Shown piece after piece: positions 21,523-32,517 of a stretch of 32,517 bases of DNA. The DNA is from Octopus bimaculoides. Taxonomy: Eukaryota. The stretch is taken from contig NC_068987.1 in the NCBI RefSeq assembly GCF_001194135.2, positions 22,158,747 to 22,191,263 on the forward strand, read 5' to 3'. A program made the translations under genes and the position numbers. Under the pieces are notes generated by a model. That model saw only the letters and a program-made list of their open reading frames with translations, was not told the DNA's origin and made no database searches. How positions within the stretch are numbered: position 1 is the stretch's first letter; the number at the start of each line of letters is the position of its first letter.

Positions 21523-21668
21523 TATATAAGTATGAAGATAGGTATGTACACACACACACACAGATTTTTGGAACAAAGGATTCCAAAGCGCATAAAACTA
21601 TAAATACTATGTAAATATTAGGTTGAAAATTTCTTTGGATAAAAAAAAGTTGAAAGCTGCCAATAAGA

Positions 21669-21743
21669 TTTAAACCCACATCTCCAGTAGAAATGGCTGT
21701 GTGGTTAAGAAACTTGCTTTCCAATCACTCAGTTCTAGATTCA
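21669..21743 (+). mobile_element. Family A SINE head truncated by an assembly gap
   Basis: AGAAATGGCTGTGTGGTTAAGAAACTTGCTTTCCAATCAC...GATTCA, then N-run. Confidence 0.7.
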
Positions 21744-22410
21744 NNNNNNNNNNNNNNNNNNNNNNNNNNNNNNNNNNNNNNNNNNNNNNNNNNNNNNNNN
21801 NNNNNNNNNNNNNNNNNNNNNNNNNNNNNNNNNNNNNNNNNNNNNNNNNNNNNNNNNNNNNNNNNNNNNNNNNNNNNNNNNNNNNNNNNNNNNNNNNNNN
21901 NNNNNNNNNNNNNNNNNNNNNNNNNNNNNNNNNNNNNNNNNNNNNNNNNNNNNNNNNNNNNNNNNNNNNNNNNNNNNNNNNNNNNNNNNNNNNNNNNNNN
22001 NNNNNNNNNNNNNNNNNNNNNNNNNNNNNNNNNNNNNNNNNNNNNNNNNNNNNNNNNNNNNNNNNNNNNNNNNNNNNNNNNNNNNNNNNNNNNNNNNNNN
22101 NNNNNNNNNNNNNNNNNNNNNNNNNNNNNNNNNNNNNNNNNNNNNNNNNNNNNNNNNNNNNNNNNNNNNNNNNNNNNNNNNNNNNNNNNNNNNNNNNNNN
22201 NNNNNNNNNNNNNNNNNNNNNNNNNNNNNNNNNNNNNNNNNNNNNNNNNNNNNNNNNNNNNNNNNNNNNNNNNNNNNNNNNNNNNNNNNNNNNNNNNNNN
22301 NNNNNNNNNNNNNNNNNNNNNNNNNNNNNNNNNNNNNNNNNNNNNNNNNNNNNNNNNNNNNNNNNNNNNNNNNNNNNNNNNNNNNNNNNNNNNNNNNNNN
22401 NNNNNNNNNN

Positions 22411-22468
<58 letters not shown>

Positions 22469-22474
22469 GTCACA

Positions 22475-22922
22475 AGGAGTAAGCTGATTTCATTGGCCCC
22501 AGTGCTCAACTAGTGGAGGTGTGTGGTTTAGTGGTTAGGGTGTTGGACACATGGCTGTAAGATTGTGGGTTTGATTCCTGGATTGGGCGATACATTCTGT
22601 TCTTGAGCAAAACATTTAATTTCATGTCACTCCAGTTCACTCATCTGACAAAAAAGAGTAATACTGTGATGGACTGGCGTTCCATCCAGGTGAGGGAATA
22701 TATATGCCATGAAACCAGGAAATTGGCCCTTATGTGTTGGCATGACTTGAAAAGGTAACTTTACCTTTACCAGTGCTCAATTGGCACTTATTTTATTGAC
22801 TCTGAAAGGATAAAAGACAAAGTTGACCTCAGCAGAATTTGAACTCAGAACATGATGATTTGGAAGACATGCCTCAACACATTTTGTCTGAGGTGCTAAT
22901 GACTCTGCCAGCTCATTGCCTT
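22475..22922 (-). mobile_element. Family C SINE interrupted by a family D insertion
   Basis: GGAGTAAGCTGATTTCATTGGCCCCAGTGCTCAACT (to 22511) continues at 22771 as CAGTGCTCAATTGGCACTTATTTTATTGAC...GAATTTGAACTCAGAAC. Confidence 0.85.
22512..22770 (+). mobile_element. Family D SINE with a (TTTACC)-type tail, nested in family C
   Basis: Head GGTTTAGTGGTTAGGG...GGTTTGATTCCTGG and core TTCTTGAGCAAAAC...CTCCAGTTCACTCA. TSD CAGTGCTCAA(C/T)T at 22500-22511 and 22771-22782. Confidence 0.85.
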
Positions 22923-23127
22923 CATGTACACATTAATGATAAGATTCTGTTCTAGCAACAACGGCTACAGTCCAAGCCCATCTATACACACTAATTTTCT
23001 CTTTCAGTCTCCTCCTATATATGTATGTATATCATCATCATATATATATACCTTATGTAATATCTTGCTTCCCGTTTTATTTCACTCTTCTTTCATCTCA
23101 TATCTTTTTGTCTTTTTTGTTTTTCAG

Positions 23128-23233
23128 GAAGAAATTCAAGACCAGATCTGGAGACACGATACGTCTACTGGACTTACTCAAGGAGGGAGTCCATCGTGCT
23201 GAGTTGAAACTGAAAGAGAAGGGACGTGATGAG
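23128..23233 (+). CDS. RARS1: Internal coding exon of cytoplasmic arginyl-tRNA synthetase (106 nt, phase 2 in, phase 0 out)
   Basis: Polypyrimidine tract and TTTTCAG acceptor (AG at 23126-27); GAG|GTAAAT donor (GT at 23234-35). Translation [36 protein letters not shown] aligns without gaps to human RARS1 [35 protein letters not shown] (recalled). KFKTR is the KMSKS-equivalent loop of ArgRS. Confidence 0.95.
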
Positions 23234-23305
23234 GTAAATATATATATATCTTTCCTTCTTTTATATATACATATATATTTTATATATATATATATATATA
23301 TGTGT

Positions 23306-23668
23306 GGCGCAGGCATAGCTGTGTGGTAAGAAACTTGATTCCCAACCACATGGTTCCAGGTTCAGTTCCACTGTGTGGTACTTTGGGCCAACCACAGCCT
23401 TATGAGTGGATTTGGTGGACAGAAACTGAAAGAAGCCTGTTGTGTGTGTGTGTGTGTTTGTCCCCCCATCACCATCTGACGACTGGTGCTGGTGTGTTTG
23501 TGTCCCTGTAACTTAGCAGTTCAGCAAAAATCACCGATAGAATAAGTATCAGGCTTTAAAAAGAATAAGTCCTGGGGTTGATTTCTTTAACTAAAAAACC
23601 CTGTAAGGTGGTGCTCCAGCATGGCTGCAGTCAAATGACTGAAACAAGTAAAAGAATAAAAGAATAAA
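23306..23668 (+). mobile_element. Family A SINE, near full length, about 70 nt downstream of the RARS1 donor
   Basis: GGCGCAGGCATAGCTGTGTGGTAAG...GGTGGTGCTCCAGCATGGCTGCAGTCAAATGACTGAAACAAGTAAAAGAATAAAAGAATAA. Confidence 0.9.
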
Positions 23669-23696
23669 ATATGTACATACATACATGGTATTGACC

Positions 23697-23932
23697 AGAC
23701 TATCTGATTTTGTTATATACCACTGGTTACATTGTGCCATCCTGCTGGCTTGGTGAACAGGCCTGATTGGAAGGCTATTCCATTACAGGGGCTACTCATT
23801 TACAGCTGAGTGAACTAGAACAGCATAAAAGGAAGTGGTTTGCTCAAGAACACAATATGCCACTTAGTCCAGGAATTGAACATGCGATCTAGTGATCATG
23901 AGTGCAGCACCCGCTAACCACTAGGCCACATG
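23697..23932 (-). mobile_element. Family D SINE with the same 3' module as 18152-18410
   Basis: Reverse complement reads CATGTGGCCTAGTGGTTAGCGG...GTTCAATTCCTGG...GTGTTCTTGAGCAAA...GTTCACTCAGCTGTAAATGAGT...CCAAGCCAGCAGG...ACCAGTGGTATATAACAA. Confidence 0.8.
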
Positions 23933-25059
23933 AAATCAAAGGCTGCCTTTGACTATTTCTATTCTGAAAGTATTTTTTCCAACCCTATATTTACATCTTA
24001 TTATCTATAGCATTATGTGCTTTGAAATCCTCTGTTCCAAAAAAGAATAATTTCACATCCTCTCAAAAATTGAGTAATTCTTATGATGTCAATGCATCTC
24101 TGTTTGTGCCTGTGTGTGTAGTTATTTATGCATGTGTGTATATGTGTGTTTGTTTACATTTTCACTTCTCCGAAAATGGCTGAACTGTTGTTAGTGGCAT
24201 CATTATTGCTATTCCCTCTGTTAGCTTCAAAAACATGAGGAACACGAGATCAAAGCGATCCCCTACTTGAAAAAATAGTTCGGGGTTAGTAGTAGGCAGG
24301 GCATGCAACTGTAAAACAATGCCTTGATAATACATACTAGCAGGATCTGTGGAAGTCCCACAGTGTAAATCAACATATTTGAATATCTACTCTCCCTTCT
24401 GCCGATGTATGTATCTTTCTGTTCACATAATACCAATAAGCATTTAAAACCTAATAACACCAAAACAATTTTAAAAATATAAAAATATAATGGTGGTGCT
24501 CCTGCATGGACACAGCCTTTGGTGTGGAACACATAAAAGATAAAAGTTTAACATTTACAGCTATCTGTTAACTAAAAGTTATTTCACTTTAATTGAACTA
24601 TCTATTGATGTAACTTGTAATGCATAAATTCATAGATCTTCATGACTGCGTTTCATAATGTTAAACACTTTTATTGTGTCTGCTATTTGAGCACACAAAT
24701 ACAGAATAATATGAACCTTCTCCTTCTTTCTCTTCTGTTTTTTGTCTCTCAGATTTTTTTCATCTATTCCACTATTTCTGTTTATATATCTTTCTCTGAG
24801 TTATTACTTCCCTTGGTGTAACACATGGACAAAACAGCCTGACTGCAGGAGCAACATGAGTAATATTATAATCCTTGTAACCCATGATAGCATACTTAAA
24901 TGAATGTAAAAATGAACCAGCAATGTTCTTAGGACAAATTGCCTTCATTCTTAGCTTCAGTTCCCTGTACACTGAGTTCAATCCCACTGAGGTCAACTTT
25001 CCCTCAGAGTACCTGTACAGAGTGCCTGCTTAACTGAATTCAGAAGTGGATGAGTTGTT

Positions 25060-26697
25060 GTTCAAACACATACCTGGGTATGTATACATACACATAAACA
25101 CACACTTGCTTACATAGACACTCACACACACAGATACACTCAGCAACTTTTTCATACAAAAATAAATCCACACTCTTTTGTATATATGCACACACTTTCA
25201 TATATGAGCATATGCACACACACACACTCACACACACTTCTACATATGAATATATAAACATGCACCTTCACAGGTAAACACATACATACTTTCATATATA
25301 AACAAATATACTTACACAGAGACATACAGTAAATTATATACAAGCACATGCATCTTTACATACTCATGTGTACAAAACATGGATATAAACATTATATATA
25401 TATATATATATATATATATNNNNNNNNNNNNNNNNNNNNNNNNNNNNTAGGTATAATAAAAAAATATTCAGACAAATACACACACACACACACATATAGG
25501 CATATACACACTAACATACAAAGAGGCACATATGCGCTAACACACATTCTAACTCATTCATCTGTACACTTATATGCTACACATGTATATGCATGCACAC
25601 ATACACACACACACACCTGCATACATATATACTAACATGAGCAGACTGATGTACATGCACATCTGCATACATCTAGTCAGACAGATGTGCATACACAGAC
25701 ATACACACCCAGACACTCATCTGCATACAGGCACACACACACACGCACACAGATGTGCATACATGTATACACTGACACACATGTGCATTTAGTGAATGCA
25801 CATACACACACATGCACAGTTGCTCTGATGTGCAGTAAGCATGGCAGAGAACTGCTTAGATGTCTATCTGAATTGCAATAGATGCAAGGAATCAAATACA
25901 ANNNNNNNNNNNNNNNNNNNNNNNNNNNNNNNNNNNNNNNNNNNNNNNNNNNNNNNNNNNNNNNNNNNNNNNNNNNNNNNNNNNNNNNNNNNNNNNNNNN
26001 NNNNNNNNNNNNNNNNNNNNNNNNNNNNNNNNNNNNNNNNNNNNNNNNNNNNNNNNNNNNNNNNNNNNNNNNNNNNNNNNNNNNNNNNNNNNNNNNNNNN
26101 NNNNNNNNNNNNNNNNNNNNNNNNNNNNNNNNNNNNNNNNNNNNNNNNNNNNNNNNNNNNNNNNNNNNNNNNNNNNNNNNNNNNNNNNNNNNNNNNNNNN
26201 NNNNNNNNNNNNNNNNNNNNNNNNNNNNNNNNNNNNNNNNNNNNNNNNNNNNNNNNNNNNNNNNNNNNNNNNNNNNNNNNNNNNNNNNNNNNNNNNNNNN
26301 NNNNNNNNNNNNNNNNNNNNNNNNNNNNNNNNNNNNNNNNNNNNNNNNNNNNNNNNNNNNNNNNNNNNNNNNNNNNNNNNNNNNNNNNNNNNNNNNNNNN
26401 NNNNNNNNNNNNNNNNNNNNNNNNNNNNNNNNNNNNNNNNNNNNNNNNNNNNNNNNNNNNNNNNNNNNNNNNNNNNNNNNNNNNNNNNNNNNNNNNNNNN
26501 NNNNNNNNNNNNNNNNNNNNNNNNNNNNNNNNNNNNNNNNNNNNNNNNNNNNNNNNNNNNNNNNNNNNNNNNNNNNNNNNNNNNNNNNNNNNNNNNNNNN
26601 NNNNNNNNNNNNNNNNNNNNNNNNNNNNNNNNNNNNNNNNNNNNNNNNNNNNNNNNNNNNNNNNNNNNNNNNNNNNNNNNNNNNNNNNNNNNNNNNN

Positions 26698-26747
<50 letters not shown>

Positions 26748-27580
26748 AAATGAAAGATATGAGATATATATATATATACATACATATATATATATACATA
26801 CACATACATACATAGACAAAAGATATATATATATATGATATACACGATATGTTTAATATAAATATATACATACTCATAGTATATGTGTATCTATAAATGT
26901 ATGTGTGTGTGCATATATGTACATTATATATATATATAAAATACATGCATATACACACACACGAATATTATGCACGTGCTTACACATATGAAGTGTATAT
27001 CTACTTTTCTCTGTATGTATATGTTTACATGTGTGTTTGCACAAATGTATGTGCATGTGTTTGTGTAGTGAATGAACAGTATATGTGGTGCTTGCTTATG
27101 TATGAATGCATATTTCTATGTATATACACGTGTGTGCGTGCATATAGATATGTTAGTGTTTGTGTGTTGCTCTGAGTGTATGTGTGTATACATGTGTACA
27201 TGTACATACATGTGTGCGTTATGTACATGTGTGTACATTAGAGAATGCATGCAGAAATTATTGTCTGTATATATGAGTTTATATCTTTATATGTCAACTG
27301 TGTGTATGGGTACATATGTGTATATATGCATGCCAATAAATATATAAAGATGTTATTCTGCATACCTGTATGTTTTCATGTGTATGTATTTATGTGTGTG
27401 TTAGTGTATACCTGATGTGTTTGTATGCATGCATACATAATTTCTTACGTGTATGTGTGTACATTTGTATGTTAGGATGTATGTGTATATGTACACATTT
27501 TACGCTTATATGTGTGTGCACGATTAACACTTATGCAAACGTGTGTGAGTTTGTGTTAGTATGCATACGTACCTGTAATT
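25060..27580. repeat. CA/TA/TG-rich cryptic simple-sequence fields with two gaps (N 25420-25447 and 25902-26698)
   Basis: Direct inspection. Confidence 0.85.
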
Positions 27581-27838
27581 TTTAAATTTTTTTTATGTGT
27601 CTGTGTACAAGGGGCTGAGGTAGGAGTGGTACTGATGTAAGACCTAAGAATGCTTTTGGTGGAAGGGGAGAGGAGGGGGCTGTGCAGGTGAAGACAGTGC
27701 AATGGAGGTGGTGGTTGGGGGGGGAGTCAGAGGAATAGACAGAGGTGAAGTAGTTGGAGAAAATAATGATGATGATGATGAAGAGGAAGAGGAAGGGTAG
27801 TACAAACCCTGGTGGGGTGGTTTCCATGCTAGAGGGTT

Positions 27839-27877
<39 letters not shown>

Positions 27878-28799
27878 TAGATAGAAGTCTTAGACTGAAG
27901 TGGGTGGAGANNNNNNNNNNNNNNNNNNNNNNNNNNNNNNNNNNNNNNNNNNNNNNNNNNNNNNNNNNNNNNNNNNNNNNNNNNNNNNNNNNNNNNNNNN
28001 NNNNNNNNNNNNNNNNNNNNNNNNNNNNNNNNNNNNNNNNNNNNNNNNNNNNNNNNNNNNNNNNNNNNNNNNNNNNNNNNNNNNNNNNNNNNNNNNNNNN
28101 NNNNNNNNNNNNNNNNNNNNNNNNNNNNNNNNNNNNNNNNNNNNNNNNNNNNNNNNNNNNNNNNNNNNNNNNNNNNNNNNNNNNNNNNNNNNNNNNNNNN
28201 NNNNNNNNNNNNNNNNNNNNNNNNNNNNNNNNNNNNNNNNNNNNNNNNNNNNNNNNNNNNNNNNNNNNNNNNNNNNNNNNNNNNNNNNNNNNNNNNNNNN
28301 NNNNNNNNNNNNNNNNNNNNNNNNNNNNNNNNNNNNNNNNNNNNNNNNNNNNNNNNNNNNNNNNNNNNNNNNNNNNNNNNNNNNNNNNNNNNNNNNNNNN
28401 NNNNNNNNNNNNNNNNNNNNNNNNNNNNNNNNNNNNNNNNNNNNNNNNNNNNNNNNNNNNNNNNNNNNNNNNNNNNNNNNNNNNNNNNNNNNNNNNNNNN
28501 NNNNNNNNNNNNNNNNNNNNNNNNNNNNNNNNNNNNNNNNNNNNNNNNNNNNNNNNNNNAACAAGATAAAAACAAAAGCCACAAACAAAAAAAAAAAAAC
28601 GAACTGGTGTGAGAAGGAAAGAAGAAAAGAAGAAACAAGTTATGATGAAGTGAGAGGAGAAAAGAGGAAAAAGAATGAGACAAAGAGAGAAAGAGAGAGA
28701 GATTTATTAGGAATGAAAAATGCATATTGGAGAGAGAAAGCTTTAGCCCTTGTCAACTTTTCTCGTTTGTTTTTCACTCTGGGCTGTCTTTTCTGCTTC

Positions 28800-29140
28800 T
28801 CACCAGTTGGATTTCTGCTTCCTTGCAGTTTCCTTTTAAATTTTGCTGCACTGTGTCATATGTTTCTTCAAGGGAAGGCCTTCCTCTCCCTGGTCTGGTT
28901 GGTTTTGAATTGTTGTTGAAACTTCTGTAACTTTGCTTTTTTCCTAGGTAAAGGTGTTGGACCTATGCAACCCCATTTTTACTCCTGGGAAGATGTGGTC
29001 CATATTAGTCTGGCCTCTGTCCTTTGACCTGTCCAGTGTGAGAGACCCTCCCAGCTGCTTGTGCTCCATTGGCATTGCTCTCTAGGTCATTGAGGCACAC
29101 AAGCTGCCACATCATAGCTAGGACTGGACCATGTGGTGGA
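28800..29140 (-). mobile_element. Probable 5' region of an RTE-clade LINE, decayed
   Basis: Minus strand CTTGTGTGCCTCAATGACCTAGAGAGC...GGGTCTCTCACACTGGACAGGTCAAAGG...GAGGCCAGACTAA resembles RTE/Rex3-type 5' leader sequence as I recall it. No ORF is supported. Confidence 0.45.
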
Positions 29141-29322
29141 CATATACAAATATACATACACTATGTTTGTCTATGGGTATTGCAAGTAATTTGAAAATAC
29201 CTGAGAGTGACAGCCATGCCCTGCATTGTTACAGATTGTCCTTTGGCAAGGCATAGCACCTGTTCAGTCACCCTGCCAGCGATATGGTGAAGTTATTAGT
29301 CTGCGGCATGGTGGATTGTGAT

Positions 29323-29560
29323 GAGGCAGTAGAAGTAAATTGGCAGAATCATTAGCATGCTGGGTGAAATGCTTAGCGGTATTTTGTCTGCCATTACGTT
29401 CTGAGTTCAAATTCCGCCGAGGTCGATTTTGCCTTTCATCCTTTCGGGGTCGATAAATTAAGTACCAGTTACGCACTGGGGTCGATGTAATCGACTTAAT
29501 CCCTTTGTCTGTCCTTGTTTGTCCCCTCTATGTTTAACCCCTTGTGGGCAATAAAGAAAG
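29323..29560 (+). mobile_element. Family C tRNA-derived SINE, well preserved
   Basis: TTGGCAGAATCATTAGC (A-box-like)...GAGTTCAAATTCCGCCGAGG (B-box-like)...GGGGTCGATAAATTAAGTACCAGTT...GGGCAATAAAGAAAG. Confidence 0.88.
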
Positions 29561-30065
29561 AAGAGGCAGTAGGAGAGCTAAACTGAGTTGACTGTGCTTC
29601 TTACATTGATGCTTAGTGGCAGAATCCTATAAGATCAACAAGGATCACCAAGNNNNNNNNNNNNNNNNNNNNNNNNNNNNNNNNNNNNNNNNNNNNNNNN
29701 NNNNNNNNNNNNNNNNNNNNNNNNNNNNNNNNNNNNNNNNNNNNNNNNNNNNNNNNNNNNNNNNNNNNNNNNNNNNNNNNNNNNNNNNNNNNNNNNNNNN
29801 NNNNNNNNNNNNNNNNNNNNNNNNNNNNNNNNNNNNNNNNNNNNNNNNNNNNNNNNNNNNNNNNNNNNNNNNNNNNNNNNNNNNNNNNNNNNNNNNNNNN
29901 NNNNNNNNNNNNNNNNNNNNNNNNNNNNNNNNNNNNNNNNNNNNNNNNNNNNNNNNNNNNNNNNNNNNNNNNNNNNNNNNNNNNNNNNNNNNNNNNNNNN
30001 NNNNNNNNNNNNNNNNNNNNNNNNNNNNNNNNNNNNNNNNNNNNNNNNNNNNNNNNNNNNNNNNN

Positions 30066-30150
30066 AGATACATTGGATGACTAAGATGTCTTACTTGCCT
30101 TCACAATAGATACATTGGATGACTAAGATGTCTTACTTGCGCTTCACAAT
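30066..30150. repeat. Two tandem copies of a 42/43-bp unit next to a gap, followed by (ATT)n and (AGT)n
   Basis: AGATACATTGGATGACTAAGATGTCTTACTTGC(G)CTTCACAAT at 30066 and 30108. Confidence 0.9.
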
Positions 30151-30757
30151 TATTATTATTATTGTTAGTAGTAGTAGTAGTAGTAGTGGTAGTAGCTGTA
30201 GTTCGTCCCACTTACCCTGTAAATGTTATTGGCTGATATTCTTTCGTTCCAGTCCTGGCCTATAGTTTAGATCACTCGTTAATCTTTTCTAATTCTATCG
30301 CATTTAAATCAGTCTTTAACCTTCTATCACTGTCATCACACACACACACACACATACACACACACACTTAATATGTAAACAGCAATTGAAGCTTTAGAAT
30401 GCTCAGAAAGAGGCAGAGAGGGGAGGAGAGAGAGGGGGGTGATTGGGAATCAGGGTGGAAGTTCAACACTTTACTTTTGCAAGTTCAATGCTGCACAGTT
30501 TACAGTTGGAATTCTGCCAGGATCATCATAGACTCTCATATTTCTTAGGTTCACAGAATACTATCACATATTTATATATATACATATGTGTGTGTGTGGG
30601 TGTGTGATTGAATCAAACAATTGGGCCTTCCATCTCGTAAATTTGGTTATAGTGTTGAGTTAAAAGAAATCCTAATATTAATATGCAAATAAGCTTGCAT
30701 GTCTACTTTCTTTCTAAATTCATAGGTTACTCTCTGATCCTTGCCATTTTATTTAAT

Positions 30758-30894
30758 TACTCTTTTACTCTTTTACTTGTTTCAGTCATTTGACTGTGGC
30801 CATGCTGGAGCACCGCCTTTAGTCGAGCAAATCGACCCCAGGACTTATTCTTTGTAAGCCTAGTACTTATTCTATCAGTCTCTTTTGCCGAACC
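30758..30894 (-). mobile_element. Family A SINE 3' part, very close to consensus, truncated by a gap
   Basis: TACTCTTTTACTCTTTTACTTGTTTCAGTCATTTGACTGTGGCCATGCTGGAGCACCGCCTTTAGTCGAGCAAATCGACCCCAGG matches 1011-1150. Confidence 0.9.
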
Positions 30895-31789
30895 NNNNNN
30901 NNNNNNNNNNNNNNNNNNNNNNNNNNNNNNNNNNNNNNNNNNNNNNNNNNNNNNNNNNNNNNNNNNNNNNNNNNNNNNNNNNNNNNNNNNNNNNNNNNNN
31001 NNNNNNNNNNNNNNNNNNNNNNNNNNNNNNNNNNNNNNNNNNNNNNNNNNNNNNNNNNNNNNNNNNNNNNNNNNNNNNNNNNNNNNNNNNNNNNNNNNNN
31101 NNNNNNNNNNNNNNNNNNNNNNNNNNNNNNNNNNNNNNNNNNNNNNNNNNNNNNNNNNNNNNNNNNNNNNNNNNNNNNNNNNNNNNNNNNNNNNNNNNNN
31201 NNNNNNNNNNNNNNNNNNNNNNNNNNNNNNNNNNNNNNNNNNNNNNNNNNNNNNNNNNNNNNNNNNNNNNNNNNNNNNNNNNNNNNNNNNNNNNNNNNNN
31301 NNNNNNNNNNNNNNNNNNNNNNNNNNNNNNNNNNNNNNNNNNNNNNNNNNNNNNNNNNNNNNNNNNNNNNNNNNNNNNNNNNNNNNNNNNNNNNNNNNNN
31401 NNNNNNNNNNNNNNNNNNNNNNNNNNNNNNNNNNNNNNNNNNNNNNNNNNNNNNNNNNNNNNNNNNNNNNNNNNNNNNNNNNNNNNNNNNNNNNNNNNNN
31501 NNNNNNNNNNNNNNNNNNNNNNNNNNNNNNNNNNNNNNNNNNNNNNNNNNNNNNNNNNNNGTTTCAGAGTTGAAATCTGATTAGCAAACTGTTAGTGACT
31601 GAGAAAAGGAAAGAATAGAAAAGGAAAGAAAGAAAGAGAATGAAAAGGCTGATACTGTTTGACAATTATTGTTGAATTTTCTAATTAGTGGTTTGTCTGC
31701 GTGCATTTTCAGCATTTCAATATATTTATTTATGTGTGTATGTGTGTCATCTCTCTTTCATTTGTTGTATGTCTTTCTCTTATACTGTA

Positions 31790-31796
31790 CTCCTAT

Positions 31797-31845
<49 letters not shown>

Positions 31846-32490
31846 CTCTTTCTCTCACTATTCTGAATTGTCTTTCTCTCGTCTCTCTCTCTCTCTTTCA
31901 CTCCCTCGCTGTTTCTCTCTTTCTCTCTAGACCTCTGTTTCCCTAACTCTCTTTTCTTTCTTTTAAGCACTCTCCCCACCTGTCTCCTTCAGGCTCTCTC
32001 TCTCTCTCTCTCTCTTACATTCTCTCATGACCTCTCTTTTCTCCATCTCTCTCTCTCTCCAGTCTCTTCTCTCACTCTAGTCTCCTCTCTCTCACTAGTC
32101 TCTCCTCTCTCTCTCTAGTATCCTCTCTCTTTATCTAGTCTTTTCTCTTTCTTTCTCTAGTCTTCTCTCTTTCTTTCTCTAGTCTTCTCTCTTTCTTTCT
32201 CTAATCTCCCATCTTTCTCTAGTCTCCCCCCTCTCTCTCTCTAGTCTCCTCTCTCTCTCTAGTCTTTTCTCTCTCTAGTCTCTTCTCTCGCTTTCCCTCT
32301 AGTCTCCCCCCCTCTCTAGTCTCCTCTCCCTCTAGTTTTCTCTCTCTTTCTAGTTTTTTCTCTCTCTAATCTCTTCTCTCGCTTTTTCTCTAATCTGCCC
32401 TCTCTCTCTCCATGATACAATTTAAAAGAGAGAGAGAGAGAGAGAGAGAGGGCTGAGGAGAAAAGAGCTAGAGAGAAAAAAACTAGAGAA
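31790..32490. repeat. (TC)n polypyrimidine field punctuated by CTAG, switching to (GA)n after about 32425
   Basis: Repeated TCTCTAGTC units from about 32075 to 32355, then (GA)n at 32428-32450 and CTAGAGA units. Confidence 0.9.
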
Positions 32491-32517
32491 CACAAGCAAT
32501 CTTGCATATAATCTCTC

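Noticed and set aside
24715-24820. Strong pyrimidine tract and CAG (24750-52) as the next RARS1 acceptor
   Set aside because: The phase-0 translation (IFFIYSTISVYISFSELLLPLV*) does not resemble the expected VLTxEEL..AYGCIKYADL and stops early.
15001-31580. Long ORFs of 140-380 aa in the track
   Set aside because: They consist mostly of X from N-gaps or of dinucleotide translations (HTHT, CVCV, YIYI), so they carry no coding evidence.

Overview
AT-rich, microsatellite-dense eukaryotic genomic DNA with ten N-gaps. The repeat families look like those of an Octopus (coleoid cephalopod) draft assembly; this assignment is inferred from my recognition of the SINEs. The only host coding sequence I can support is one 106-nt plus-strand exon (23128-23233) of cytoplasmic arginyl-tRNA synthetase (RARS1), encoding the KFKTR loop, so the rest of the window is probably RARS1 intron. 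That intronic DNA holds many copies of about four tRNA-derived SINE families (my labels A-D), two other short retroposon families (E, F), decayed LINE fragments (CR1/Jockey-like and RTE-like), a TTAA-bounded piggyBac-type MITE in two copies, and simple or compound tandem repeats. The most interesting leads are a 40/42-identical inverted repeat bracketing the 816-nt gap (possibly Penelope-like ends with a hammerhead half-site), an inverted SINE pair enclosing the RARS1 exon (possible ADAR substrate), SINE module shuffling and several nested insertions. Almost all long ORFs in the track are microsatellite or N-gap artefacts. I found no tRNA/rRNA genes, no CRISPR array and no convincing novel multi-gene system. 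Repeat boundaries are read by eye and approximate unless a TSD or splice site is quoted.
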